A stretch of 64,000 nucleotides of DNA from a virus: the IMG/VR virus record IMGVR_UViG_3300042691_046823. The stretch is one strand, 5' to 3'. A model generated the notes under the pieces. That model was given only the letters and a program-made list of their open reading frames with translations, was not told the DNA's origin and did no database searches. Below are positions 9,954 through 18,463 of the stretch, piece after piece. The stretch's first letter is position 1. Each line of letters starts with the position of its first letter. Position numbers and translations under genes: made by a program.

Positions 9954-10112
9954 TTAGTCAGTCAGTTCGAAGAATCTTTTGGTATGTTCCAAGATCGATT
10001 CCGTGTCTTCGAACTTGACATTATCAAAGCGATTACAACAGATGCTTGTAGAATGATATGCATTGGTGATGTAAAATCCAGCATATGGTACGGAGGATTT
10101 TTTTAGTCGCAA
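9954..10112 (-). pseudogene. Probable decayed 5' fragment of a radical SAM gene
   Basis: LRLKKSSVPYAGFYITNAYHSTSICCNRFDN.. fits a 'FYITNxCxxxCxxCNRF' rSAM N-terminus in which the first two Cys have become Tyr and Ser. It stops after about 52 codons. Confidence 0.5.
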
Positions 10113-11074
10113 AAAAATTCCGTAGACATTATTTTTTGATCCGTTAATTCCTGGAGGCATCTCACATTGTGTGCCAGTACTGGTTGCATTTCGTCGTACC
10201 ATTGCTTTATTCGTTGATCTGGTTGAAGGGCGATGTAATCTATGCCATCACACAGTGTGTCATATCTGGCATCAGAGGGATCTTGATCATAGCCTTCGTC
10301 CCACCAGGTGTCAAAGGTCTTGAATCCCAATGATTTGAGATTTTTCAAGTAGTGAATGGGTCCTTGCACGATGAAGGGCCTGCGGTTTATGATACACCGC
10401 AATGTCTTTTCTGTGATAAAAAATGTGCGACCTGTAAAATAAGTTTCACATACGATTTCTATGAATACAGAGCGATACTGTTGGGTAAGACCAAACCCCT
10501 GCTCGTTCCATAGTATAGGATAAGTTTGCTCATCGTGTTTGATGGGCAAATGTTTAAGAAATTCATATACATGTTTACTTTTGTCCCAATGCTTGTGTAC
10601 AAATTCTTCTAAACCCAGATTGTTTCGATGGAATTCAAGATTGTGGTCATAATGAAAGGTCATCACAGTCCGATCTCTGTATTTTTGATGCAGATGTGCG
10701 GCCAGTCCTAATCGCTGCCAATTACTGCGCCCTATGAATATTCCAAACAGGTGTTTGAGTGTGCTGGATACTGGTTGCGATTGTTGGATAAGATTCTTGG
10801 CCAGATTCAGTTCAACAAACTTGGTCCTGATCTCTGGATATGCACTGGACTTGATTTGATTGCTTGTGCGTATTAGAAAATGATCTTTGGGCAGATCCAA
10901 CAATTCACGCACTTGGTCAATGACAGCATCAATGCCGGCTGCCACACAATCCGGTCCTTCGTGCAGTAGATCTATGATCACAGGCCCTTGTTGTGCAGCC
11001 GAGATTAGGTCAAACACAAACTGTTGCTTGTTCCATAACAAAGAGTCACTTGTAATTGCTTTAACGATCATCAA
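10103..11074 (-). CDS. Putative glycosyltransferase-like protein (ET...TEK family)
   Basis: IFIGRSNWQR, EIVCETYF, FITEKT, RPFIVQG, LGFKTFDTWWDEGYD. Confidence 0.55.
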   Translation of the reverse strand: MMIVKAITSDSLLWNKQQFVFDLISAAQQGPVIIDLLHEGPDCVAAGIDAVIDQVRELLDLPKDHFLIRTSNQIKSSAYPEIRTKFVELNLAKNLIQQSQPVSSTLKHLFGIFIGRSNWQRLGLAAHLHQKYRDRTVMTFHYDHNLEFHRNNLGLEEFVHKHWDKSKHVYEFLKHLPIKHDEQTYPILWNEQGFGLTQQYRSVFIEIVCETYFTGRTFFITEKTLRCIINRRPFIVQGPIHYLKNLKSLGFKTFDTWWDEGYDQDPSDARYDTLCDGIDYIALQPDQRIKQWYDEMQPVLAHNVRCLQELTDQKIMSTEFFCD

Positions 11075-12107
11075 CTAACCAATCCAGGCCGGGCCTGCCT
11101 CGTTCAGGAAAGTAGTCAGGGCAAGAACCACTTCTGCGGATATCGTTGGTTAAACAATGCATGCCTCCATCCCAAAAATTCCTACATCTAAAATCAAACG
11201 CATGTACATTGTACCCTTGGCGGTGCAAGAATTCAAAGGTATCATCATCGTCGCCTATGCTGAGAATGTTTTTGTCATCTACTATCAACAAGTTTACATC
11301 AAATACAGTTTCTTGATAACTGCCCACCCAGTCCTGTGCCTTGGTTTGGACATGCTGTTGGAATTCTTTGTTGGCGCCAATTTTGACATCTGGCACTTCC
11401 CATTGGTGGAAACCGCTGCCCATGTTCAAAGGTTTTTTGCGGTTGTGATGATTGATATTGTATATGTCCCATCCAGGAAATGTGGTGTCGTAAGATTTTT
11501 TGTAATCCGTGGTCATGATCAGACCTTCTCTCACTGGACAAAATACACAATCGCTGTGCCCGTCAATCATACTAACATGCACACGATACTGCTTGGCTAA
11601 CTCTACCAATGGTTCTGTGACCATACCCCATACATGTTCATGATATATCCAATCAATATATAAATCACGACCAATGCGTACCATGCAAGGTGGACTCAAA
11701 CAGGCCCAGGGTGTTCCTTCATTGTACTCTAACACTGTAGCACCGCTGTTTCTATAATCATCAATGGCATGTTGCCATGGGTTGCGCCGGAATTGATTCC
11801 TCAAATGATACATGGTTGATCCCAGTACCAGGGTATCATCGCGTGCGGCCACTACTGGCTTTAGTAAATTATCGTTGGTATTTAAACAGTCATCTATGCT
11901 GTGATATTCGGGCCTGCGAACAACCACTCCAAGTTCCGTCAACTTATTGTGTATCTTGGTCAAATCTTGTTTTGTCCATGCAGTGATGGTTTGGAAGGCG
12001 TCACGCACCGGGGTGGATAAATGATCATAAAACTGTTCAGGGTATACGTCCCCTAACCATACTTCTTGCAATGGAGCAAACCCACAATGGCTGTTGACCA
12101 AACTCAT
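11061..12107 (-). CDS. Amidinotransferase (pentein; glycine/inosamine-phosphate amidinotransferase family)
   Basis: VNSH..F.PLQEVWLG N-terminus, ARD, RIGRD, GHSD, and FWDGGMHCLTNDIRR carrying the catalytic Cys. Confidence 0.88.
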   Translation of the reverse strand: MSLVNSHCGFAPLQEVWLGDVYPEQFYDHLSTPVRDAFQTITAWTKQDLTKIHNKLTELGVVVRRPEYHSIDDCLNTNDNLLKPVVAARDDTLVLGSTMYHLRNQFRRNPWQHAIDDYRNSGATVLEYNEGTPWACLSPPCMVRIGRDLYIDWIYHEHVWGMVTEPLVELAKQYRVHVSMIDGHSDCVFCPVREGLIMTTDYKKSYDTTFPGWDIYNINHHNRKKPLNMGSGFHQWEVPDVKIGANKEFQQHVQTKAQDWVGSYQETVFDVNLLIVDDKNILSIGDDDDTFEFLHRQGYNVHAFDFRCRNFWDGGMHCLTNDIRRSGSCPDYFPERGRPGLDWLVDDR

Positions 12108-12108
12108 A

Positions 12109-13032
12109 TCACCATCCTTCTTGTCTGCGTATCACGTCTATCTCGCGGATCATGATACCTTGGTTGTGCCAATTTGATCGATAATGATGTTTAAAGAATG
12201 CACTTTGTTTTTTATCCAACAAACTCATCGGGAGATCTAATTGACCGCTCAACGACTGTGAATAAGTGTCTGTGGCTTCATAAGGATCCACATGTCGTTC
12301 AACTTGCCAGATCTTTTCGAGGGCATCAAATGATTGTACATCTCGATAATCCCAGTCTGTGAGCATGGTCATATAGGTGCCCATCCTGGCGCCCATGATA
12401 GCCCAGATACCATGCTCAATGTCATCTCCGACATTGTGCCAAACAGTGAGATGATCAAGATTGCGTTGGTGCACCCTGTCTCGGAATTCTGTCACACTAG
12501 GTCTGGCACCCTTGTTTAGACACATTTTAACCCCTTCACGGAAGCCAGCACGCCAAGCATGCTTGGCGCTGCCGTTGGGATATGTAGAAGAGTAACAGTC
12601 ATGCATGGACCAATACAAAGGATCAAAACAAAATTCAACCACGGTTTCATCTCGCCCATCAGTGTTCTCATGGGTTCGCATGCCTTTAACAAAAGTCTTG
12701 GTCCAACTACTGAGCCCGCCATTGCCATACGTAAGACCGTTGATGTGATTCCTTGCACGCCAGCGGAATACTGCACTTTGCCAATGCTCGTCTTGCAAGT
12801 CTAATGTAAGGTTAAAAAAACCTTCGTCGGGGATGTTGTCTCCGTCGATCAGTATGAATCGATCGGTGCCACTGGCTTCAGCCGCAGCTTTGTGCGCGGC
12901 GTCTGATCCTTTGACTCCGTCTACACGCTTGGCCCAAGGAACCATGTTACGTATACGCACCCAAAATTCTTCTTTCTGCGGTTCGTCATAACTGAGATAG
13001 ATGCAATCAAGGTCGGCCACGTCAATTTTCAT
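12109..13032 (-). CDS. GT-A-like glycosyltransferase
   Basis: YLSYDEP, VDGVKGSDAAHKAAA, FILIDGDN (DxD), YGNGG, AWRAGFREGVK. Confidence 0.7.
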   Translation of the reverse strand: MKIDVADLDCIYLSYDEPQKEEFWVRIRNMVPWAKRVDGVKGSDAAHKAAAEASGTDRFILIDGDNIPDEGFFNLTLDLQDEHWQSAVFRWRARNHINGLTYGNGGLSSWTKTFVKGMRTHENTDGRDETVVEFCFDPLYWSMHDCYSSTYPNGSAKHAWRAGFREGVKMCLNKGARPSVTEFRDRVHQRNLDHLTVWHNVGDDIEHGIWAIMGARMGTYMTMLTDWDYRDVQSFDALEKIWQVERHVDPYEATDTYSQSLSGQLDLPMSLLDKKQSAFFKHHYRSNWHNQGIMIREIDVIRRQEGW

Positions 13033-13360
13033 AGCGGATTTTCCATCTTTGGTTTGTTTGATCGGGCGACACTACTATGGTTATGTCTTCAGGATGACAA
13101 GGTGTACCAGATTCATTATCATGCACCAATTTGCGAGATGTGGTGCCGTTAAGTTTATGTATGCGTCCGTTTATCACCCGCACACGTAAATCGGCCAATT
13201 GATATTCTTCTGGTGTGACGTCAATCCAAGTACCTGGCAGATCTTCCATAGAATAACAGATAGGCTGCCCTTGACCGTCATGATACAGTCGCCAGAACAC
13301 TGGTTTGATATCCGGCCATGCGTGAGTTTGCCAAAACTTCAAGAATTCTTGTTCATCCAT
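13022..13360 (-). CDS. Hypothetical protein
   Basis: 112-aa ORF overlapping both neighbours; start moved to ATG 13360. Confidence 0.7.
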   Translation of the reverse strand: MDEQEFLKFWQTHAWPDIKPVFWRLYHDGQGQPICYSMEDLPGTWIDVTPEEYQLADLRVRVINGRIHKLNGTTSRKLVHDNESGTPCHPEDITIVVSPDQTNQRWKIRYEN

Positions 13361-14096
13361 ATGGCCTCCATGTCTTGACATTGTAGTGTACCGCTCCCCA
13401 CTGGCTCACGGTGTTGATCCTGAGATCTCCTTGATGCAACTCCCAGACAAGGCCTTGTGTCCAATCTTTGATCTTGGTAGGCAATATGCCCGGCTTCATA
13501 TGCACGATGCGAGGATGTTCGGCCCAGCACTGGGTGATTTTTTCTGGACCCATGATCTGTGCTGCCATAGCATATACAAGATCGGTGTTAGGTTCGTCGT
13601 CGGCAAATTTTAGCAAGGTACGATATTGTGCCCAATTCTCAAATATGGTGCGCACCCAGGTCCAGAATTCCTGCGCCACTGGGCATCGACGCCAATACGT
13701 GATGGCATTGTAAACATCGGGCAAATGATTTTCGTCAAATACTCTACGATATTGCCGCGATACTGCCGGTTTGTCATAGATGTCTCGAGCACCAGTGCTC
13801 ACAACCACATCATTTTTTTCAAACATAGACCACCAATGATCGCAAGGGCTGGCCATGAACATGTCGGCTTCGAGTTTGATGGTTTGCCTGTAAGGTGACA
13901 CCCACCAGGCTTGCCAATCGTTGGCGAAACCTTGACGGTGCCCGTGAGGTAATTGATCTCGTGTGACAATGGTTATGTCAGCATCAGGGTGCCAATGGCG
14001 TATGCTCCGTGCCAGAGTATGGGCACAAGATTCATAATCTGTCTCTGTGCTGTTGATGGCCATGATCACATAGCCACGTTCACGGTTGGCTGGCAA
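13353..14096 (-). CDS. GT-A (GT8-like) glycosyltransferase
   Basis: GYVIMA, LARSIR, SPYRQTIKLEADM (DxD-equivalent), TDLVYAMA, HMKP. Confidence 0.7.
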   Translation of the reverse strand: MPANRERGYVIMAINSTETDYESCAHTLARSIRHWHPDADITIVTRDQLPHGHRQGFANDWQAWWVSPYRQTIKLEADMFMASPCDHWWSMFEKNDVVVSTGARDIYDKPAVSRQYRRVFDENHLPDVYNAITYWRRCPVAQEFWTWVRTIFENWAQYRTLLKFADDEPNTDLVYAMAAQIMGPEKITQCWAEHPRIVHMKPGILPTKIKDWTQGLVWELHQGDLRINTVSQWGAVHYNVKTWRPYG

Positions 14097-14880
14097 TCAT
14101 TTCTCCTAAAGATCTTTTGTTCATGGCATGCAGGTCTAAATTTTTGACCACGATGTAACCAGGTTTGGATTCTCTATTGATATAATCTATCCGGAAAGAG
14201 TCTTGGTCCAAGGCCGTAATCTTGTACGCAGGATCAACATTGGCCATGCTGCCATGGAATCCAGGCCAGGTGGGTGCATGACCGTTGGCCAAGCTACAGG
14301 CTATGCTCATAGCATGATCGTTGCGATAAGGACTGCGACCTACTCCGTAGATCTCTTTATAATGGGTCCAGTTTTGTTTGACCATGTGCATGACATCAAA
14401 TATTTGTCTCGTGTGCTTGGTTTTGCGGAACATCATGACCGTGGCCCAACTCATAGGCATGGCATGTTTGCCAAAAGTGTTCAGAGTCCTGTAATCATTG
14501 AGTGCAGCTACATCATAGGCTGTGCAGTAACATAAAAAATCCAAGTCACTGTGCCAGTATTGACCCAGCACATCTGACGCCACAATGTAATCAGCATCCA
14601 ATACCAGAGTATGATCGTAGGGTGTTACGTCAAAGGCCAAGGGCCTGGACTTGTTATGCCAGGAAACCTTTTTCGCAACATCGGCAAAATAACGTGGATC
14701 AGATGGTTCAGGTTCGACCACGATTACCTTGTCAAATACACGATTATCAACATAGGCGTCAGTGATCAAGGTCACCGGTATATCCAGCCAGCGTTGTACC
14801 CGAGCTGCGGCCCAAGCAGCCATGCCAACGTAATCAAATGATTCGTTGTTGAATGCAAAGATCAAAGCACCACGTGTCAT
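14080..14880 (-). CDS. GT-A (GT8-like) glycosyltransferase
   Basis: GALIFAFN, TPYDHTLVLDADY (DxD), RNDHAMSIA, HAMNK; paralog of 13353-14096. Start at ATG 14880 (ATGA overlap). Confidence 0.72.
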   Translation of the reverse strand: MTRGALIFAFNNESFDYVGMAAWAAARVQRWLDIPVTLITDAYVDNRVFDKVIVVEPEPSDPRYFADVAKKVSWHNKSRPLAFDVTPYDHTLVLDADYIVASDVLGQYWHSDLDFLCYCTAYDVAALNDYRTLNTFGKHAMPMSWATVMMFRKTKHTRQIFDVMHMVKQNWTHYKEIYGVGRSPYRNDHAMSIACSLANGHAPTWPGFHGSMANVDPAYKITALDQDSFRIDYINRESKPGYIVVKNLDLHAMNKRSLGEMIASQP

Positions 14881-15182
14881 CGCTGGGTGTTTTGTGTTTC
14901 CAGATCGATCAACCAACCTATCATTTGTTCTTGCCAGCGTTGGTATGCCAGATCGCGTAATTCATTTACTTGTACACGCACCGGAGTTTCGTAAAGGTCT
15001 AACAGCACTACTTCGGCATCCGTGCATACATGGAGGGTGGTCAACAATTCTGGACCGGCACGCCACATGCCACCAGCATGAGCAAAAATCAGTTTTGCCT
15101 GATATTTTTCTTTAAGAACGCGACGTGCGGCCTGATGATCAAAACGGGCCCGTGCGTGTTGGAATAGTTTGTCTGTGTCCAT
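14877..15182 (-). CDS. Hypothetical protein, first gene of the tailoring operon
   Basis: 101-aa ORF; ATGA overlap with the downstream GT. Confidence 0.75.
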   Translation of the reverse strand: MDTDKLFQHARARFDHQAARRVLKEKYQAKLIFAHAGGMWRAGPELLTTLHVCTDAEVVLLDLYETPVRVQVNELRDLAYQRWQEQMIGWLIDLETQNTQR

Positions 15183-15197
15183 GCAGTTATTTTACAG

Positions 15198-15236
15198 GAA
15201 AAAAACATAAAAGTAAAGGACCCGTGGGTCCTTTAC
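15198..15236 (-). terminator. Rho-independent terminator ending the tail operon
   Basis: 10-bp stem GTAAAGGACC/GGTCCTTTAC (15213-15236) followed on the minus strand by TTTTATGTTTTTTT. Confidence 0.85.
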
Positions 15237-15258
15237 CGATTCACCCAATCAGCGCAGA

Positions 15259-16254
15259 TTAGGTCACTGAGGCTGCTATGGTAGGCGTGCCCCAGGATGC
15301 TGTGAGATAGGTAGTAGATGGCGGAATATATGTTACCAAAGTGGTAGGCGCGGTTCCGGTGATCGTGGTCGACGGTGATGAAGTGGCTGTGCCGCCCGAA
15401 ATAGTGTCATCTGATCCTGGTCCTGATAAACCGGTATCGGCCCAGGTCGTGGTCAGCACCAATTGTGTTCCTGTACCTGCGGTCTTGGCCTGTACCTGGA
15501 TAAAGTCCAAGGTATAAGGAACAGTATCCGCGAACTGCTTGTAAAGGGTTGTGTCACTTGTGGTCAAGTCGAACCATCCCACATTGGTGTTTAAGGTATT
15601 AGGTGTACCTGTGCCGCCAATCTTGGTGGTACCGGTATAACTCGTGCCGTTGATGGTGTGTGTGCCACCTTCGCCATGGCTGATGTAGATATCGCCGCAC
15701 AAAGTCTCGGCTAGATCATTCCACTCGTCGTCGGCTGCTGTACCTGTGCTGGTCTTGCCAAACTGTATCCTGATCAGGCCGCCGGCATTGAAAAAATACC
15801 GCACTGCATCGGCTGATGACCAAGTGATGGTGTGGGTAAAGGTTATGGTCCATGGTGTTGATCCCGAACCTGTGCCCGTGGTCTTGCTGGTGGTGCCGCT
15901 GAAGGTTCCGAACTGCGTGCCTGCAGAAGAGGCGTTGCCAACGTTGTTATAGCAGTTGGCAAGATCTGACCCAAGATTGCTCAAGATGGTGATCACATTA
16001 CCTGCCACAGGTGCTGTGCGTGAAGTCAGCGTGGTTCCTTGGTGAGCCCCGATGTTAGAGACAGTGTTTACAAGACTGGCCCATTGTGCCGCTGTGATGT
16101 TGCCAGCGGCCGATACCGTGGATAGAGCAGTCTGGCCATAACCATCTGCGCCGGCACCTGTGCTCCAAATCACGTTGACGTTGCCACCCAGGGTGGTACT
16201 TACGAATCCGTTGTAATCCGCTGCTGATATTAGGTTGCCTACAGAATATGTCAT
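15259..16254 (-). CDS. Virion structural protein (tail fibre/baseplate-associated, Thr/Gly-rich)
   Basis: MTYSVGNLISAADYN, ITAAQW, RYFFNAGGLIR; last gene of the tail operon. Confidence 0.7.
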   Translation of the reverse strand: MTYSVGNLISAADYNGFVSTTLGGNVNVIWSTGAGADGYGQTALSTVSAAGNITAAQWASLVNTVSNIGAHQGTTLTSRTAPVAGNVITILSNLGSDLANCYNNVGNASSAGTQFGTFSGTTSKTTGTGSGSTPWTITFTHTITWSSADAVRYFFNAGGLIRIQFGKTSTGTAADDEWNDLAETLCGDIYISHGEGGTHTINGTSYTGTTKIGGTGTPNTLNTNVGWFDLTTSDTTLYKQFADTVPYTLDFIQVQAKTAGTGTQLVLTTTWADTGLSGPGSDDTISGGTATSSPSTTITGTAPTTLVTYIPPSTTYLTASWGTPTIAASVT

Positions 16255-16264
16255 GCTTGTTTCC

Positions 16265-17644
16265 TTATTTGATCATCACGATGGCTTCGATGGTACCTGC
16301 ATCATGATCTGATTTATCTTGCAAGGCTCGCCCAATTGTGTTGAAAGGAGTCGCTTCACCTGGCTTGGCTGCTCGGGCGATACCACCTCCGGCTGATACC
16401 AATCTGTCGCCTTTGTTGATCTGGCCTATGACTCTGACCGGCACACGTCCTGTGACTGCCACGGCTGGGTGTGTTTCGTCTGTACCAGCGCCAGCGTTCA
16501 TTAGATAAGCTGCTCGAGTACTTACCACACCGAATACATTTTCACTGAGTTCCTGCTGAGAAATAGTGATTTCTTTCAAACCACCAAGCTCAACCACTGA
16601 TCCTGGAGAGATTGCTGTGTCAGATTCAAAGCGTTCTGCTACGTCAGCGTACAAAGCAGTGGTTGCTGTGGCAAACACTGTGTTGAAAGGAGAGCCTGAA
16701 GTTCCTATGTTGCCAGCACCGCCTCCCTGGCCGTTTAAAATGCCTGACTGCACAGTCAGGGCCTGTGGTAGTACCACTTCACCTGTGGTACCATTGATAC
16801 TGATGGCCGGTGTGTCTACTCCCCCAGCATTGACACGGATACTGAGGTTGCCGTTCTGTGTCTGGTTGCGTAGGATTACCGCCGAATTAGCTGTGATGAC
16901 TTGCGCCTGGAAATCTTGATCCACGCCCACGGTCAGTCCAGTGTCATTGAGTATGCCCAGCGTACCCGATGTAGTGTCGTTGCTGGTCGAGCTCAAGAAA
17001 CCTGTGCTATCAATGCCGTCAAGCAGTTGTGCATCTGTAGATGTGCCACGGAACAGCGCAGAACTTACCGTGCTGGAAAGTTGTATACCAGGACCGATTG
17101 TGGCAAATCCAGTGATGGCCACCTGCGGAGTAAAGGTAGCATCTTTAGACACAATGGCCACTATGGTGTTGTTCACGTACAATTGGACCACCACGTGATC
17201 CACTGACGTGTTGTCAGTGACCGTGACGACGATGGCACCCGAAGTGCCCTGACCGGACGTGGATGCTGGACCTACCAGGATAAATGTGCTACCATTGTAG
17301 ACTTTTAACTGACCGTTGACTGTGTCAAACCAAAGATCGCCAGCCACGTTGCTGGTTGGTGCTGTGGCACTGGCAGTCGAGGCTGAAATCACCTTGAAAG
17401 TCGTACCATTATACACCTTCATGGTGCTGGTGCTTTTGTCCCACCAGAGCTGACCTGTCAACGGAGCTCCTGGTGCCGAAGTGTTGGCTCCGCTTTCCAA
17501 CAAGTGTATGAAGTTTTCGTCGAGGAATTCTCCATAGCCTGCGTAATTCTTACCAACCAGCGTCATACTGGAACTGGTGTTGATGGTACCGTCTGCTATG
17601 GTAGCAAATATGGTACCGTCTGTTAAGTTAATGGTATATGCCAT
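16265..17644 (-). CDS. Tail fibre-like protein with C-terminal intramolecular chaperone/autoprocessing domain
   Basis: MAYTINLTDG...LVGKNYAGYGE...ENFIHLLE, two GQLWWD/GDLWFD..LKVYNG repeats, C-terminal ALYADVAE...GRVPVRVIG.I.KGDRLVS. Confidence 0.75.
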   Translation of the reverse strand: MAYTINLTDGTIFATIADGTINTSSSMTLVGKNYAGYGEFLDENFIHLLESGANTSAPGAPLTGQLWWDKSTSTMKVYNGTTFKVISASTASATAPTSNVAGDLWFDTVNGQLKVYNGSTFILVGPASTSGQGTSGAIVVTVTDNTSVDHVVVQLYVNNTIVAIVSKDATFTPQVAITGFATIGPGIQLSSTVSSALFRGTSTDAQLLDGIDSTGFLSSTSNDTTSGTLGILNDTGLTVGVDQDFQAQVITANSAVILRNQTQNGNLSIRVNAGGVDTPAISINGTTGEVVLPQALTVQSGILNGQGGGAGNIGTSGSPFNTVFATATTALYADVAERFESDTAISPGSVVELGGLKEITISQQELSENVFGVVSTRAAYLMNAGAGTDETHPAVAVTGRVPVRVIGQINKGDRLVSAGGGIARAAKPGEATPFNTIGRALQDKSDHDAGTIEAIVMIK

Positions 17645-17667
17645 GTGTCGTTACTCCGTCCTGTCAG

Positions 17668-17675
17668 TATTTATA
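17668..17675 (-). promoter_or_regulatory. T4-type late promoter TATAAATA
   Basis: Exact TATAAATA 24 nt upstream of ATG 17644, with a GGAG RBS in between. Confidence 0.8.
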
Positions 17676-17695
17676 GGCGTATTTTCTACCCATAT

Positions 17696-18301
17696 TTATG
17701 TTGCACTCAGATTTGTTAGGGTCTGTATACGCACAGTATAATCAATCTGTATCTGGCGATTCAAACTCTTCTGCACTGGGTGGAAAATCACATGGGTCAG
17801 CAGTAAAAGATCATCTGCTGATCCTTCCCATGCTTTGAGACCCAGTTCGTCAAAAACAAACTCCCCATTGAAGTTGGTACTATTGTCAAAAGCCTGCTGT
17901 CCGGCAGGCTCGCCGTAGTCCAACAAACAACTTACTAAAACATCAGTGTAAACCTGTCCTGATGTGTGTAACACGGTCATGTTATTCTGCGTAGGATCAG
18001 TGTTGGCTGCTGAGTTAGCATCAACTACTTTGGCATAGGTCTGATTGTATAAATCGGCATTTTGTCCCGTGGTATTAGGGGGCAAATAAGTGATCACTCC
18101 AGTGGGATCCACTGAGCTGCCGCCGTTGCCAAAGGCCATCTCGTAGATGTACCCGATGTTCTTGTTTGCTATGCTCTGTGCCAGAGCCACGCTCATGTTT
18201 TCGTAGTGGATGGCGTTCTTTTTTTCTACGAAAATTTCTTGGCTGTTAGGATCAAAAATCTTGATCCGACCTTCGATCAACCATGGAGATAACTGGATCA
18301 T
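17696..18301 (-). CDS. Baseplate/tail-fibre attachment structural protein
   Basis: KKNAIHYENMS, MAFGNGG, LDYGEP, FDELGL, HVIFHPVQKSLNR; position in the tail operon. Confidence 0.7.
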   Translation of the reverse strand: MIQLSPWLIEGRIKIFDPNSQEIFVEKKNAIHYENMSVALAQSIANKNIGYIYEMAFGNGGSSVDPTGVITYLPPNTTGQNADLYNQTYAKVVDANSAANTDPTQNNMTVLHTSGQVYTDVLVSCLLDYGEPAGQQAFDNSTNFNGEFVFDELGLKAWEGSADDLLLLTHVIFHPVQKSLNRQIQIDYTVRIQTLTNLSAT

Positions 18302-18447
18302 CCTCTCTTCTCCAAAATAACTTTTTGTGTTTGTGGATCCGTGATTTTCACGAATTCATCTATGTTCAATCCACTGTGTTCATTAGGGCGCTGAGGCATG
18401 ACCGGTTTCTGTGTTTGGCTCAGGGTTTGTTGTTTATTATCGTCCAT
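18298..18447 (-). CDS. 49-aa protein not in the ORF track
   Basis: MDDNKQQTLSQTQKPVMPQRPNEHSGLNIDEFVKITDPQTQKVILEKRG*. Preceded by GGTAAATA; ATGA overlap with 17696-18301. Confidence 0.75.
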   Translation of the reverse strand: MDDNKQQTLSQTQKPVMPQRPNEHSGLNIDEFVKITDPQTQKVILEKRG

Positions 18448-18463
18448 GACTTATTTACCTGCG

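Noticed and set aside
15259-17644. Diversity-generating retroelement targeting tail fibres
   Set aside because: No reverse transcriptase and no template/variable repeat pair seen in the window.
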